DNA of 64,000 nt, taken from contig CP185379.1 in the NCBI GenBank assembly GCA_049177215.1, positions 203,046 through 267,045 of the forward strand, written 5' to 3'. This DNA is from Candidatus Pollutiaquabacter aromativorans (lineage in GTDB: Bacteria > Bacteroidota > Bacteroidia > AKYH767-A > 2013-40CM-41-45). Below the pieces are notes generated by a model that was not told the DNA's origin, ran no database searches, and saw nothing but the letters and a program-made list of their open reading frames with translations. Shown here in pieces: positions 19,853 to 29,068 of the stretch (its first letter is position 1; the number at the start of each line of letters is the position of its first letter). A program made the position numbers and the translations under genes.

Positions 19853-22354
19853 ATGGCGAAAAATCTTGTGATCGTTGAGTCGCCCGCAAAGGCGAAAACC
19901 ATAGAAGGATACCTCGGAAAAGATTTCGTGGTGAAATCGAGTTACGGCCATGTGCGCGACCTCGTGAAGAGCGGCATGGGTGTGAACGTCGATAAGAATT
20001 TCGATCCGGTCTATGAAGTGAGTCCGGAAAAGGTGGATGTGATCAACGAACTCCGCCGCATCGTGAAGAAAGTGGAGACCGTATGGCTCGCGACTGACGA
20101 GGACCGCGAAGGGGAGGCCATTTCCTGGCACTTGTTCGAAACGCTCGGGCTGGAAGAGGATGCCACCCGCCGGATCGTATTCCACGAAATCACCAAGAAA
20201 GCGATCACCAACGCGATCGCCAACCCGCGCAAGATCGACCGCAACCTGGTCGACGCGCAGCAGGCACGGCGCATCCTCGACCGACTCGTCGGTTTCGAAT
20301 TGTCGCCGGTACTCTGGAAAAAGGTGCGTCCGCAGCTTTCCGCCGGCCGTGTACAGTCCGTCGCCGTCCGCCTGATCGTGGAGCGTGAGCGGGAGATCGA
20401 TAAGTTCGAAATCACGTCGGCATTCCGCGTCATCGCCTTCTTCGACGATAAGGGCAAAACGTTCCGGGCGGAATTGCCGAAGCGTTTCGCTACGGAAGCG
20501 GAAGCGCAACAGTTCCTGGAGCAATGCATCGGTGCGCAGTTCTCGGTGAAGAACCTGGAAGTGAAACCCGGCAAGCGGACACCTTCCGCGCCCTTCACCA
20601 CCTCGACCCTGCAACAGGAGGCGAGCCGGAAGCTCGGCTACAGCGTGGCGCAGACGATGGTCCTCGCGCAACGCCTGTACGAGAGCGGAAAGATCACCTA
20701 TATGCGAACCGACAGCGTGAACCTTTCCGAGGACGCGCTCGGCATGGCCCGCGACGCGATCAACCGCAGCTACGGTGAACGTTATCACTTCCGCCGCCAA
20801 TACAAGACCAAGACCGCCTCTGCGCAAGAGGCTCACGAAGCCATTCGTCCGACCGACTTTACGATGGAGAACGTAGAGGGCGATCCGCGGGAGCAGCGCC
20901 TCTACAACCTGATCTGGAAGCGCGCGATCGCATCCCAGATGTCGGACGCGGTCCTGGAAAAGACCGTAGTCACCATCGCCTCGAACAAGACGAATGAAGA
21001 ATTCACCGCCACCGGTGAAGTGATCAAGTTCGACGGCTTCCTGAAGGTGTACATGGAGAGCACGGACGACGAGAACAACGACGACCAGGAAGGCATCCTG
21101 CCGCCGCTCGCGGTGGGCGACGACCTTCGCCTGATCGAAGCGAGCGCGACGCAGCGTTTCACCCATCCGCCCGCCCGCTACACCGAAGCTTCGCTGGTAA
21201 AGAAGCTGGAAGAACTCGGGATCGGTCGTCCTTCAACGTACGCGCCGACCATCTCGACGGTACAGAAGCGCGGGTATGTGGTGAAAGAAGAACGACAAGG
21301 CAAAGAACGCGCCTACCGCGTGCTGACCCTGAAAGACGAACGCATCAGTCCGGAGACGAAGACCGAGATCACCGGCGCGGAGAAGAACAAGTTGTTCCCG
21401 ACCGACATCGGCATGCTTGTCAACGATTTCCTGGTGGCGAACTTTTCCGAAGTACTCGACTACGGTTTCACCGCATACGTGGAGCGCGAGTTCGACGACA
21501 TCGCCAACGGCGAGTTGAAGTGGCAGAAGATGCTGAAGGAGTTCTACGGCCCGTTTCACAAGACCGTGCAGGTGACCGAGAAGGAATCCGAGCGTGTTAC
21601 AGGTGAACGGATCCTGGGTAAGGAAGCGGGCACAGGTCATACCGTGCTGGTGCGTGTGGGCCGTTTTGGTCCGATGGCACAGATCGGCACGGGAGAAGAG
21701 ACCGAGAAACCACGCTACGCCAAGCTCCGCAACGATCAGCGACTGGATACCATCACCTTCGAAGAAGCGATGGACCTGTTCAAGTTGCCGCGCAACCTGG
21801 GACAATATGAAGGACAGGATGTGATCGTTTCCATCGGGCGTTTTGGTCCGTACGTGCGACTGGGCGACTTCTTCGCTTCCATGAAGAAAGAAGACGATCC
21901 CTATACCGTATTGCTGGACCGCGCCATCGAGTTGATCGAAGAGAAGCGACAGGCGCAACGCGACCGCATCATCCGCGCGTTCGACGGCGAGCCGGAGATC
22001 CAGATCCTGAAAGGCCGCTGGGGTCCCTTCATTTCCTACAAAGGTCGCAACCTCCGGATCCCGAAGGACCGGGAGCCGGCTTCCCTCACGCTGGAAGAGA
22101 TCCACGCGATCGCCGAAGCGACGCCGGATGTACCGCGTAAAGGCGGCTTCCGCCGGTTCGGTGCGAAGAAGACCACTGAGAAGGAAACGCCGCTGAAGAA
22201 GGCCGCTGCCGCCAAGCCCGTCGCACGGAAAGCCAAAGCGCCTGCCAAGAAAGCAGCCGTGAAGAAGGCCGCCCCGGTAAAGAAGGCCGCCGCTCCCAAG
22301 AAGGCGGCCGCCAAGAAAGCGCCGGCCAAGAAGGCTGCCGTCAAGAAGAAGTAA
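19853..22354 (+). CDS. topA: DNA topoisomerase I with a Lys/Ala-rich basic C-terminal tail
   Basis: 833 aa. It has a Toprim N-terminus (LVIVESPAKAKTIEGYLG), ATDEDREGEAISWH and the active-site region YMRTDS. The tail is KKAAAAKPVARKAKAPAKKAAVKKAAPVKKAAAPKKAAAKKAPAKKAAVKKK. Confidence 0.96.
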   Translation: MAKNLVIVESPAKAKTIEGYLGKDFVVKSSYGHVRDLVKSGMGVNVDKNFDPVYEVSPEKVDVINELRRIVKKVETVWLATDEDREGEAISWHLFETLGLEEDATRRIVFHEITKKAITNAIANPRKIDRNLVDAQQARRILDRLVGFELSPVLWKKVRPQLSAGRVQSVAVRLIVEREREIDKFEITSAFRVIAFFDDKGKTFRAELPKRFATEAEAQQFLEQCIGAQFSVKNLEVKPGKRTPSAPFTTSTLQQEASRKLGYSVAQTMVLAQRLYESGKITYMRTDSVNLSEDALGMARDAINRSYGERYHFRRQYKTKTASAQEAHEAIRPTDFTMENVEGDPREQRLYNLIWKRAIASQMSDAVLEKTVVTIASNKTNEEFTATGEVIKFDGFLKVYMESTDDENNDDQEGILPPLAVGDDLRLIEASATQRFTHPPARYTEASLVKKLEELGIGRPSTYAPTISTVQKRGYVVKEERQGKERAYRVLTLKDERISPETKTEITGAEKNKLFPTDIGMLVNDFLVANFSEVLDYGFTAYVEREFDDIANGELKWQKMLKEFYGPFHKTVQVTEKESERVTGERILGKEAGTGHTVLVRVGRFGPMAQIGTGEETEKPRYAKLRNDQRLDTITFEEAMDLFKLPRNLGQYEGQDVIVSIGRFGPYVRLGDFFASMKKEDDPYTVLLDRAIELIEEKRQAQRDRIIRAFDGEPEIQILKGRWGPFISYKGRNLRIPKDREPASLTLEEIHAIAEATPDVPRKGGFRRFGAKKTTEKETPLKKAAAAKPVARKAKAPAKKAAVKKAAPVKKAAAPKKAAAKKAPAKKAAVKKK

Positions 22355-22498
22355 GCGGATCCCGCTTCGTTGATTCCGTTGTTGATTGTTCGCTGTCGAC
22401 CGTAGTCGCGGTCGGGAATTGATTCCGGATTTTTACGCGCACGGACGGGATCGTGATTTGTTCAATCCGCGAGGGTCGATCCCAAAACCCGCAGTACG

Positions 22499-23662
22499 AT
22501 GATGGAGGAGTATTTCGCGCCGCTGGAAGCGGATCGCTTTGCGTTTCCCGAAGGCCGGGCGACATTCGGACAAGTGGTCCGCAAGTATGTGGAAGGAGTT
22601 TCCTTTCCCGAGCTGGAAGGCGCGCACATTGCGATCTTCGGCGTAGGCGAGGAGCGGGGCACGGTGCAGAATGCCGGCTGTGCGGCGGCACCCGACGCGG
22701 TTCGGGAAAAGCTCTATGCGCTGAAGACCGGTCGTTACGCGTACAACATCCTCGACCTCGGCAATCTCCGGCTGGGCGCGACTTTGCAGGATACCTACGC
22801 CGCGGTCGCCAGCATTCATGCCGATCTGATCAGGGAGGGAATTCTTCCGGTGATCCTGGGCGGCAGCCAGGACCTCACCTTCGCGCAATATGTCGCCTAT
22901 CAGAAACTGGAAGAGACGGTGAACATCGTAGCGGTGGACGCGTCCTTCGATCTTGGCGCCACGGAAGACCCGATCGGTTCCGACACCTACCTCGGAAAGA
23001 TCGTGCTACACGAACCGAACTTCCTGTTCAACTTCAGCAACCTTGGTTACCAGACCTATTTCACGGGCTCGGACCAGGTGGAGTTGATGGAGAAATTGTA
23101 TTTCGATACCTATCGCCTCGGCCAGGTGCAGCGGGATATGGAAGAGGCGGAACCGATCGTCCGAAACGCCGACATACTTTCCTTCGACCTGACCGCCATA
23201 CGCCGGAGCGACGCGCCGGGCAACGGTAAGGCAACGCCCAACGGATTTTACGGAGAAGAGGCCTGCCAGATCGTGCGTTATGCGGGACTGTCGGACAAAT
23301 TGAGTTCGTTCGGATTGTATGAACTGAATCCCGCCTTCGACGAGCACGGACAAACCGCGCACCTGGCAGCGCAGATGATCTGGTACCTGACCGAAGGCTA
23401 TTACAACCGGAAGAAAGACGTCCCGCTCAAGAGCAAGACCGATTTTGTGAAGTACCGCGTGGCGTTGAAGCGCGCCGACCAGGAGATCGTCTTTTACAAG
23501 AGCCAGAAGAGCGAACGCTGGTGGATGGAAGTGCCGTATCCCAACAGCAAGGTGCGCTATCATCGTCACCACCTTGTGCCCTGTTCCTACCACGATTACG
23601 AAATCGCCCTCCGCGACGAAATGCCGGAGCGCTGGTGGCAGGCGTTTCAGAAGTTGAGCTGA
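22499..23662 (+). CDS. Arginase/formimidoylglutamase-fold protein, with metal-ligand motifs that look degenerate
   Basis: 387 aa. The ureohydrolase-like blocks are VILGGSQDL, VAVDASFDLG and ILSFDLTAIR. See the finding on this gene for the substituted ligand positions. Confidence 0.65.
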   Translation: MMEEYFAPLEADRFAFPEGRATFGQVVRKYVEGVSFPELEGAHIAIFGVGEERGTVQNAGCAAAPDAVREKLYALKTGRYAYNILDLGNLRLGATLQDTYAAVASIHADLIREGILPVILGGSQDLTFAQYVAYQKLEETVNIVAVDASFDLGATEDPIGSDTYLGKIVLHEPNFLFNFSNLGYQTYFTGSDQVELMEKLYFDTYRLGQVQRDMEEAEPIVRNADILSFDLTAIRRSDAPGNGKATPNGFYGEEACQIVRYAGLSDKLSSFGLYELNPAFDEHGQTAHLAAQMIWYLTEGYYNRKKDVPLKSKTDFVKYRVALKRADQEIVFYKSQKSERWWMEVPYPNSKVRYHRHHLVPCSYHDYEIALRDEMPERWWQAFQKLS

Positions 23663-23668
23663 GGAGGA

Positions 23669-23908
23669 GCAGTGAACAGTGAATAGTGAACAGTAAACAG
23701 TAAACAGTAAACAGTAAACAGCGAACAGTGAATAGTGAATTTTACCTGCCGAAGCTTTAGCGTAGGCAGGAGTGAACAGTAAACAGTAAACAGTAAACAG
23801 TAAACAGTAGGCGTACCTCTCCACGTCCCTCGTCCCACGTCCCTCGTCCCACGTCCCCCGTCCCACGCCCCACGTCCCTCGTCCCCCGTCCCTCGTCCCT
23901 CGTCCCTT
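23669..23908. repeat. Composite heptanucleotide tandem-repeat element: an AGTGAAC/AGTAAAC array, a 26-nt palindromic core, a second AGTAAAC array, then a CCCTCGT/CCCACGT array
   Basis: I read it directly. There are 10 units at 23669-23740, the core cctgccgaagctttagcgtaggcagg at 23745-23770, then 20 consecutive in-phase 7-mers at 23771-23910. Confidence 0.9.
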
Positions 23909-24089
23909 CCTTGAAACTTTTACCAACTTTTTCCGTGTAAAGTGGGCGCAATGAACCCCTTTCGGGGGGCTTGTCCATTAACAACCGGTGGCTGAAAAAA
24001 AGTTTGTTTTTAGTTTTTGTATTTCCTTACTTTACCCGCTCATCACGGTAAAAAGGAAGCAAAAAACCGCAAATTCCCACGTTTTGACG

Positions 24090-25016
24090 ATGCGTCTAAC
24101 GCGAGTGTTACTCCTATGGATGGCCGGATTTGCGGTATCCCCGACGGCTATTGCCCAACAGGATCCCCAATTCAGTCAACATCCATTTACCAAGCTGACC
24201 GTGAATCCCGGCTTTGCAGGTTCCAATGAAGCTATTTGTGGTACGCTTGTCTACCGCAACCAGTGGACCGGATTTGGCGGGGAGCCCAAAACCATGTTGT
24301 TTACCGGCGATATGCCGGTCGATGTCCTGCACGGAGGTATCGGTTTGAGCGTTTACGCGGCCGACCAGCTCGGAGCGGAAAAGAACCTGAACATTCGCGG
24401 TGCTTACGCATACCAGGCGGAACTCGGCATGGGTCGGCTGGGCGTGGGTGTCGACGTTGGCTACCATCAGAAGTCGCTCGACGGTTCCAAGTTCGTCTTC
24501 AACGATGCCGGTGACGGCAACATCCCCACCGGGAACGTGAGCGGCGGTTCGCTCGACCTGGGCTTAGGCGTGTACTATGCGACCGATCGACTGTATGTCG
24601 GTTTGTCGAGCACGCATTTGCAGGAAGGCGACATCAAATACGATAACGTACGGACCAGCCTGGCCCGTCATTACTGGCTCATGGCCGGCTACAGCCTGGA
24701 TCTTACGCCATCACTGACGCTGAAGCCGGCAATGCTCGTGAAATCGGATGCCGTTTCCACCCAACTGGATGTGAACGCCAACCTGATGATCAACAACCGG
24801 TTCTGGGTAGGCGCGGGTTACCGCCTGCAGGATGCCGTCATCGTGACGGCCGGCCTGGAGATCATGCCGAACCTGAAACTGGGATATTCTTACGACTATA
24901 CGACCTCCGACATACGGACCTACTCAAGCGGAACCCATGAAGTGATGCTTGGATACTGTTTCCGGCCGAACAAGCCTATCAAACGCATGTTCCACCGGAA
25001 TGTAAGAATGCTCTGA
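24090..25016 (+). CDS. Type IX secretion system membrane protein PorP/SprF
   Basis: From the ATG at 24090 the protein is MRLTRVLLLWMAGFAVSPTAIAQQDPQFSQHPFTKLTVNPGFAGS..YRNQWTGFGGEPKT, the characteristic PorP/SprF N-terminus. It lies immediately upstream of gldKLMN, as in the porPKLMN arrangement. The ORF is open from 23988. Confidence 0.82.
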   Translation: MRLTRVLLLWMAGFAVSPTAIAQQDPQFSQHPFTKLTVNPGFAGSNEAICGTLVYRNQWTGFGGEPKTMLFTGDMPVDVLHGGIGLSVYAADQLGAEKNLNIRGAYAYQAELGMGRLGVGVDVGYHQKSLDGSKFVFNDAGDGNIPTGNVSGGSLDLGLGVYYATDRLYVGLSSTHLQEGDIKYDNVRTSLARHYWLMAGYSLDLTPSLTLKPAMLVKSDAVSTQLDVNANLMINNRFWVGAGYRLQDAVIVTAGLEIMPNLKLGYSYDYTTSDIRTYSSGTHEVMLGYCFRPNKPIKRMFHRNVRML

Positions 25017-25161
25017 AAATTGAAGCGGCGGGGACTGTCCCGTAGCCTAGATTTGATGAAACCCGTGGGGGAGGCCCTCGTTATAGAACGAAGGTTAATT
25101 GATATTCAATAAGTTCGCAAAAACTGCGTTAGCACGCTAATCGCGTTTCACCTCAAAGACC

Positions 25162-26448
25162 ATGAATCGGATGAGATCAGGGATAAAGAAGTTCGGGTTT
25201 CTCTATTCCATCGCTCTCCTGGCGCTTGCCGGCTGCGGCAGCGGAAACAAGGGAGAATTGACCGGGGTGCTCCATCGGGAAAAATGGTATCAGGCCGATC
25301 CTTACGGCATGGTATACATTCCTGCAGGATCGTACAATATGGGTCCGAGCGACCAGGACGTGAATTATTCCCTCACGGCCCAGAGCAAGACCGTAACGAT
25401 CCCTGCGTTCTACATGGACCACACCGAGATCACGAACAACGAGTACCGTCAGTTCGTGTATTGGGTGCGCGACTCCCTGGCACACCGTCTGATCGGCGGC
25501 GAACACCTGATCGAAGAGGGCGAGTACGGCGAACGTATCAACTGGAAAGCCAAGATCAAGTGGGACGACGAGCAGAACGAAGAGACCCTTGCCGAGCTGT
25601 TCCTGCCCGAAACGGAGCGCTTCTATCGCCGCAAGGAGATCGATACCCGTAAACTCAATTTCGAATACTACTGGATCGACCTGAAGGCCGCTGCCCAGCG
25701 CGAGAACCGCGAGCAGGGTATGCGCGACCGTTCGGTCTTTATCAAGAAGGACGTCATCAACGTGTATCCCGACACCCTGGCCTGGATCCACGATTACGCT
25801 TATTCGTACCATGAGCCGCTGACCAAGATGTACTTCTGGCATCCGGCGTACGACGATTATCCTGTGGTTGGCGTCAACTGGAAGCAGGCACGTGCATTTT
25901 GCATCTGGCGTACCCAACTGTTGAACTCCTACCTGGCCGACGAAGGCGGAGCTTTCGTGCAGGACTACCGTCTCCCCACCGAATCGGAATGGGAATACGC
26001 CGCGCGCGGCGGCCTGGAACTCTCCCCGTACCCCTGGGGCGGTCCGTATATCCGCAACAGCCGCGGCTGTTTCCTGGGTAACTTCAAGCCGATGCGCGGT
26101 TCCTATCAGGACGACGGCGGTGTGTACACCGTGAAAGCCACTTCGTACTGGCCGAACGATTACGGCCTGTATTGCATGGCCGGTAACGTCTCCGAGTGGA
26201 CGAGCAACGCCTACGACGAGTCGGCGTACAGCTTCACCCACGATATCAGTACCGATTACGAATACGACGCGAAAGATTCCGATCCGCCAGCGCTCAAGCG
26301 CAAAGTCATCCGTGGCGGCTCCTGGAAGGATGTCATGTACTTCCTCCAGACCGGAACGCGCTCCTACGAATACCAGGATACCTCCAAGTGCTACGTCGGC
26401 TTCCGCTGCGTGATGAGCTTCCTGGGTCGTGATAAGTCGGATTATTGA
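25162..26448 (+). CDS. gldK: Gliding motility/T9SS lipoprotein GldK (PorK, SUMF1/FGE fold)
   Basis: 428 aa. It has a lipobox (LALAGCGS), YGMVYIPAGSYNMG, a sulfatase-modifying-factor-like C-terminus (RGGSWKD) and sits in gldKLMN order. Confidence 0.9.
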   Translation: MNRMRSGIKKFGFLYSIALLALAGCGSGNKGELTGVLHREKWYQADPYGMVYIPAGSYNMGPSDQDVNYSLTAQSKTVTIPAFYMDHTEITNNEYRQFVYWVRDSLAHRLIGGEHLIEEGEYGERINWKAKIKWDDEQNEETLAELFLPETERFYRRKEIDTRKLNFEYYWIDLKAAAQRENREQGMRDRSVFIKKDVINVYPDTLAWIHDYAYSYHEPLTKMYFWHPAYDDYPVVGVNWKQARAFCIWRTQLLNSYLADEGGAFVQDYRLPTESEWEYAARGGLELSPYPWGGPYIRNSRGCFLGNFKPMRGSYQDDGGVYTVKATSYWPNDYGLYCMAGNVSEWTSNAYDESAYSFTHDISTDYEYDAKDSDPPALKRKVIRGGSWKDVMYFLQTGTRSYEYQDTSKCYVGFRCVMSFLGRDKSDY

Positions 26449-26561
26449 TCCGGCTTATCGCCTTTCCTGAACCCGGTCAAGACTGCGTCAGCCATCGGGT
26501 TCCCCTCCTTACTACGAATTACACCACCATTGTCTAACCAAAACAAACCAAACCGTACAAC

Positions 26562-27368
26562 ATGGGACTTGCCGAATTAACTCAAGGTAAGAAGTTCAAA
26601 AACTTCATGGCCAAACTCTATGGATGGGGCGCATCCATCGTTATCGTGGGCGCGCTGTTCAAGATCCAGCACTGGCCGTACTCCGGATTTTTCCTCGTAT
26701 TAGGTCTCGGCACAGAAGCCGTGATCTTCTTCTTCTCCGCCTTCGAACCTCCCCACGAAGACGTGGATTGGTCGCTGGTATATCCTGAACTCGCCGGTAT
26801 GGGCGATGATGACCATGGCAAGCGGGAGAAGCGCAAGAAGGCGGATCCGGTCGCACAGAAACTCGATGCCCTGATGGCCGACGCCAAGATCGGTCCGGAA
26901 CTGATCGAAAGCCTGGGTACCGGCCTGAAGTCGCTGGGCGACAACGCCGGCAAACTGGCCGACCTCAGCGACGCTTCCGTCGCTACCAACGACTATGTGA
27001 AGAACGTTGCCAAGGCTGCTACCGAAGTCGGCAATATGTCGAATTCGTACACCAAGGCCGCTGCCGCGATCGACGGCCTTTCCTCTTCTACGGAAGAAGT
27101 GAAAGTGTACAAGGATCAGGTGGTCACCGCCGGTAAGAACCTGGCCGCGCTCAACGCCGTGTACGAACTGCAACTGCAGGACAGCAACGAACACCTCAAG
27201 CAGACCAGCCGCTTCTACGAAGGCATCAACGAACTCATGGGCAACCTCAACGCCTCGCTCGACGATACCCGCAAATACCGCGACGAAGTGGCGCACCTTG
27301 CCCAGAACCTGTCCAAACTCAACACGGTTTACGGCAACATGCTTTCCGCAATGACCATCAAGAGCTGA
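26562..27368 (+). CDS. gldL: Gliding motility/T9SS protein GldL (PorL)
   Basis: 268 aa. The block YGWGASIVIVGALFKIQHW...SAFEPPHEDVDWSLVYPELAG matches the conserved GldL N-terminal TM pair. Confidence 0.88.
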   Translation: MGLAELTQGKKFKNFMAKLYGWGASIVIVGALFKIQHWPYSGFFLVLGLGTEAVIFFFSAFEPPHEDVDWSLVYPELAGMGDDDHGKREKRKKADPVAQKLDALMADAKIGPELIESLGTGLKSLGDNAGKLADLSDASVATNDYVKNVAKAATEVGNMSNSYTKAAAAIDGLSSSTEEVKVYKDQVVTAGKNLAALNAVYELQLQDSNEHLKQTSRFYEGINELMGNLNASLDDTRKYRDEVAHLAQNLSKLNTVYGNMLSAMTIKS

Positions 27369-27412
27369 TTGTGTTATTCAACGTCTAACCAACTTAAACA
27401 CATTCAGCTGAG

Positions 27413-29044
27413 ATGGCAGGTGGAAAACTAACCCCGAGGCAAAAGATGATCAACATGATGTATCTCGTGTTGACCGCCCTTCTTGCCCTGAACGTGACGA
27501 AAGAGGTCATCAACGCCTTCGTCACGATCAATGAAAGCGTGCAATTGTCGAAAGACAATCTTGATAAAAAGAACCAGAACACCTACGCGGCTTTCGCGCA
27601 GGCCATGTCGGTTGACGCCAACAAGTACAAGGACGTCAACGACCGGGCCAATGCGGTCAAGAAGTCGGCCGGCGATCTGGTGAAGTTTATTGAAGAACTG
27701 AAGACTCAATTGGTCACCACGACCGATCATATCGACGCGGGTCAGCCCGTTCCGGAACTTCGCATGATGGAGCGGAAGGACGACTATGACGTTCCGACCA
27801 ACCTCATGTGCGGCGACGACCAGAATGGCAAAGGCAAGGCGGCGACCGAGCTGAAGAATAAGCTCGAAGCCTTCAAGAAAGTCATTCTTGCCAATGCCCC
27901 CAAAGGCAGCGGCGTGGCCGATCCCAAGCAATTGGACAAACTGCTCAACACGGCTGATCCGGAGAAACCCGAGGAAGGCAAGCGCACCTGGGAAATGGTG
28001 AACTTCTATCACAACCCGGTCGTAGCGACGGTCGCCCTGCTCACGAAACTGCAGAGTGACGTCCGCAACGCGGAATCGCAGGTGATCGATGAACTGTTGA
28101 CCTCCGTCGACAAGAACATCGTGAAACTGGATAAGCTCAACGCCAAGGTGATCGCCAACAGTACGGTGGTGACCATCGGCTCGGAGTTCCAGGCGGATGT
28201 GTTCCTGTCGGCTACTTCGTCAACGATGGCGCCCGAAGTCTTCATCGGCGCTACCTATGACTCGACCAGCAAGGCCTGCAAAGGCTGCGACGGTAACGCG
28301 CTGCCGGTAGAAGGCGGCTATGCCAAATATTCCGATCGTCCGGGTTCCGAAGGCGAGAAGAAGTGGAGCGGTGTGATCCGTGTCAAGAAGCCCGACGGCT
28401 CCTACGACCACTATCCGTTCAGCTCTTCCTACGTAGCGCAGAAACCGAACTCGGTTGTGTCCGCCGACAACATGAACGTGCTTTACATCGGCGTTGAAAA
28501 CCCGATGTCGATCTCGGTTCCCGGCGTTACGCACGATAAAGTGAAAGTGACCATCGAAGGTGCCGGTGGCGCGCTGCGTCCGAATCCTTCCGCCGGTGCG
28601 GGTCGTTATACCGCTACGGTCGGATCGGTCGGCAAGGCTACCATCCGCGTTTCCGCCGAGATCGGCGGGAAGGTCATGCCGATGGGCGCGTTCGAGTACC
28701 GCGTGAAGCGTGTACCGGATCCGGTCGCTACGATCTCGAACAGCAAGGGCGGCAACATCGGCAAGAACCTGCTCATGGCAGGTACGCTGATTCCGATCCT
28801 GGAAAACTTCGACTTCAAATTGTTCTTTAAGATCACGGGCTTCAAGATGACCATCACCGGTAAGGGCAAGGACCTCGTCGAATACGAGACGCAGGGTAAC
28901 CAGCTCAGCCAGCCGATGCGCGACGCGCTTTCCAAGACGCGCGCGGGCGATAAGGTCTTCTTCGAATACATCAAGGCGCGCATGGACGGCGGTAACGACC
29001 CGTCTCCGCGTAACTTGTCCCCGATGGCCTTCACCATCCAGTAA
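27413..29044 (+). CDS. gldM: Gliding motility/T9SS protein GldM (PorM)
   Basis: 543 aa. The N-terminus MAGGKLTPRQKMINMMYLVLTALLALNVTKEVINAF is the hallmark GldM start. Confidence 0.9.
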   Translation: MAGGKLTPRQKMINMMYLVLTALLALNVTKEVINAFVTINESVQLSKDNLDKKNQNTYAAFAQAMSVDANKYKDVNDRANAVKKSAGDLVKFIEELKTQLVTTTDHIDAGQPVPELRMMERKDDYDVPTNLMCGDDQNGKGKAATELKNKLEAFKKVILANAPKGSGVADPKQLDKLLNTADPEKPEEGKRTWEMVNFYHNPVVATVALLTKLQSDVRNAESQVIDELLTSVDKNIVKLDKLNAKVIANSTVVTIGSEFQADVFLSATSSTMAPEVFIGATYDSTSKACKGCDGNALPVEGGYAKYSDRPGSEGEKKWSGVIRVKKPDGSYDHYPFSSSYVAQKPNSVVSADNMNVLYIGVENPMSISVPGVTHDKVKVTIEGAGGALRPNPSAGAGRYTATVGSVGKATIRVSAEIGGKVMPMGAFEYRVKRVPDPVATISNSKGGNIGKNLLMAGTLIPILENFDFKLFFKITGFKMTITGKGKDLVEYETQGNQLSQPMRDALSKTRAGDKVFFEYIKARMDGGNDPSPRNLSPMAFTIQ

Positions 29045-29068
29045 AAGCAGTACCTAAAATAATTCGTC

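Noticed and set aside
19556-21166. A 536-aa minus-strand ORF overlapping the 5' half of topA.
   Set aside because: It is antisense to a canonical topoisomerase I gene, Arg/Leu/Val-rich with no motifs, and typical of a GC-driven open frame.
23669-23910. The possibility that the repeat loci are CRISPR arrays.
   Set aside because: The period is 7 nt, there are no unique spacers, and there are no cas genes. These are tandem microsatellite-like arrays.
23006-23926. A 306-aa minus-strand ORF with GRGTRD/GRGTWD repeats, and similar small ORFs such as 23647..23838.
   Set aside because: The repeats are simply translations of the CCCTCGT/AGTAAAC heptamer arrays, and the rest is antisense to the arginase-fold gene. 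It is not coding.
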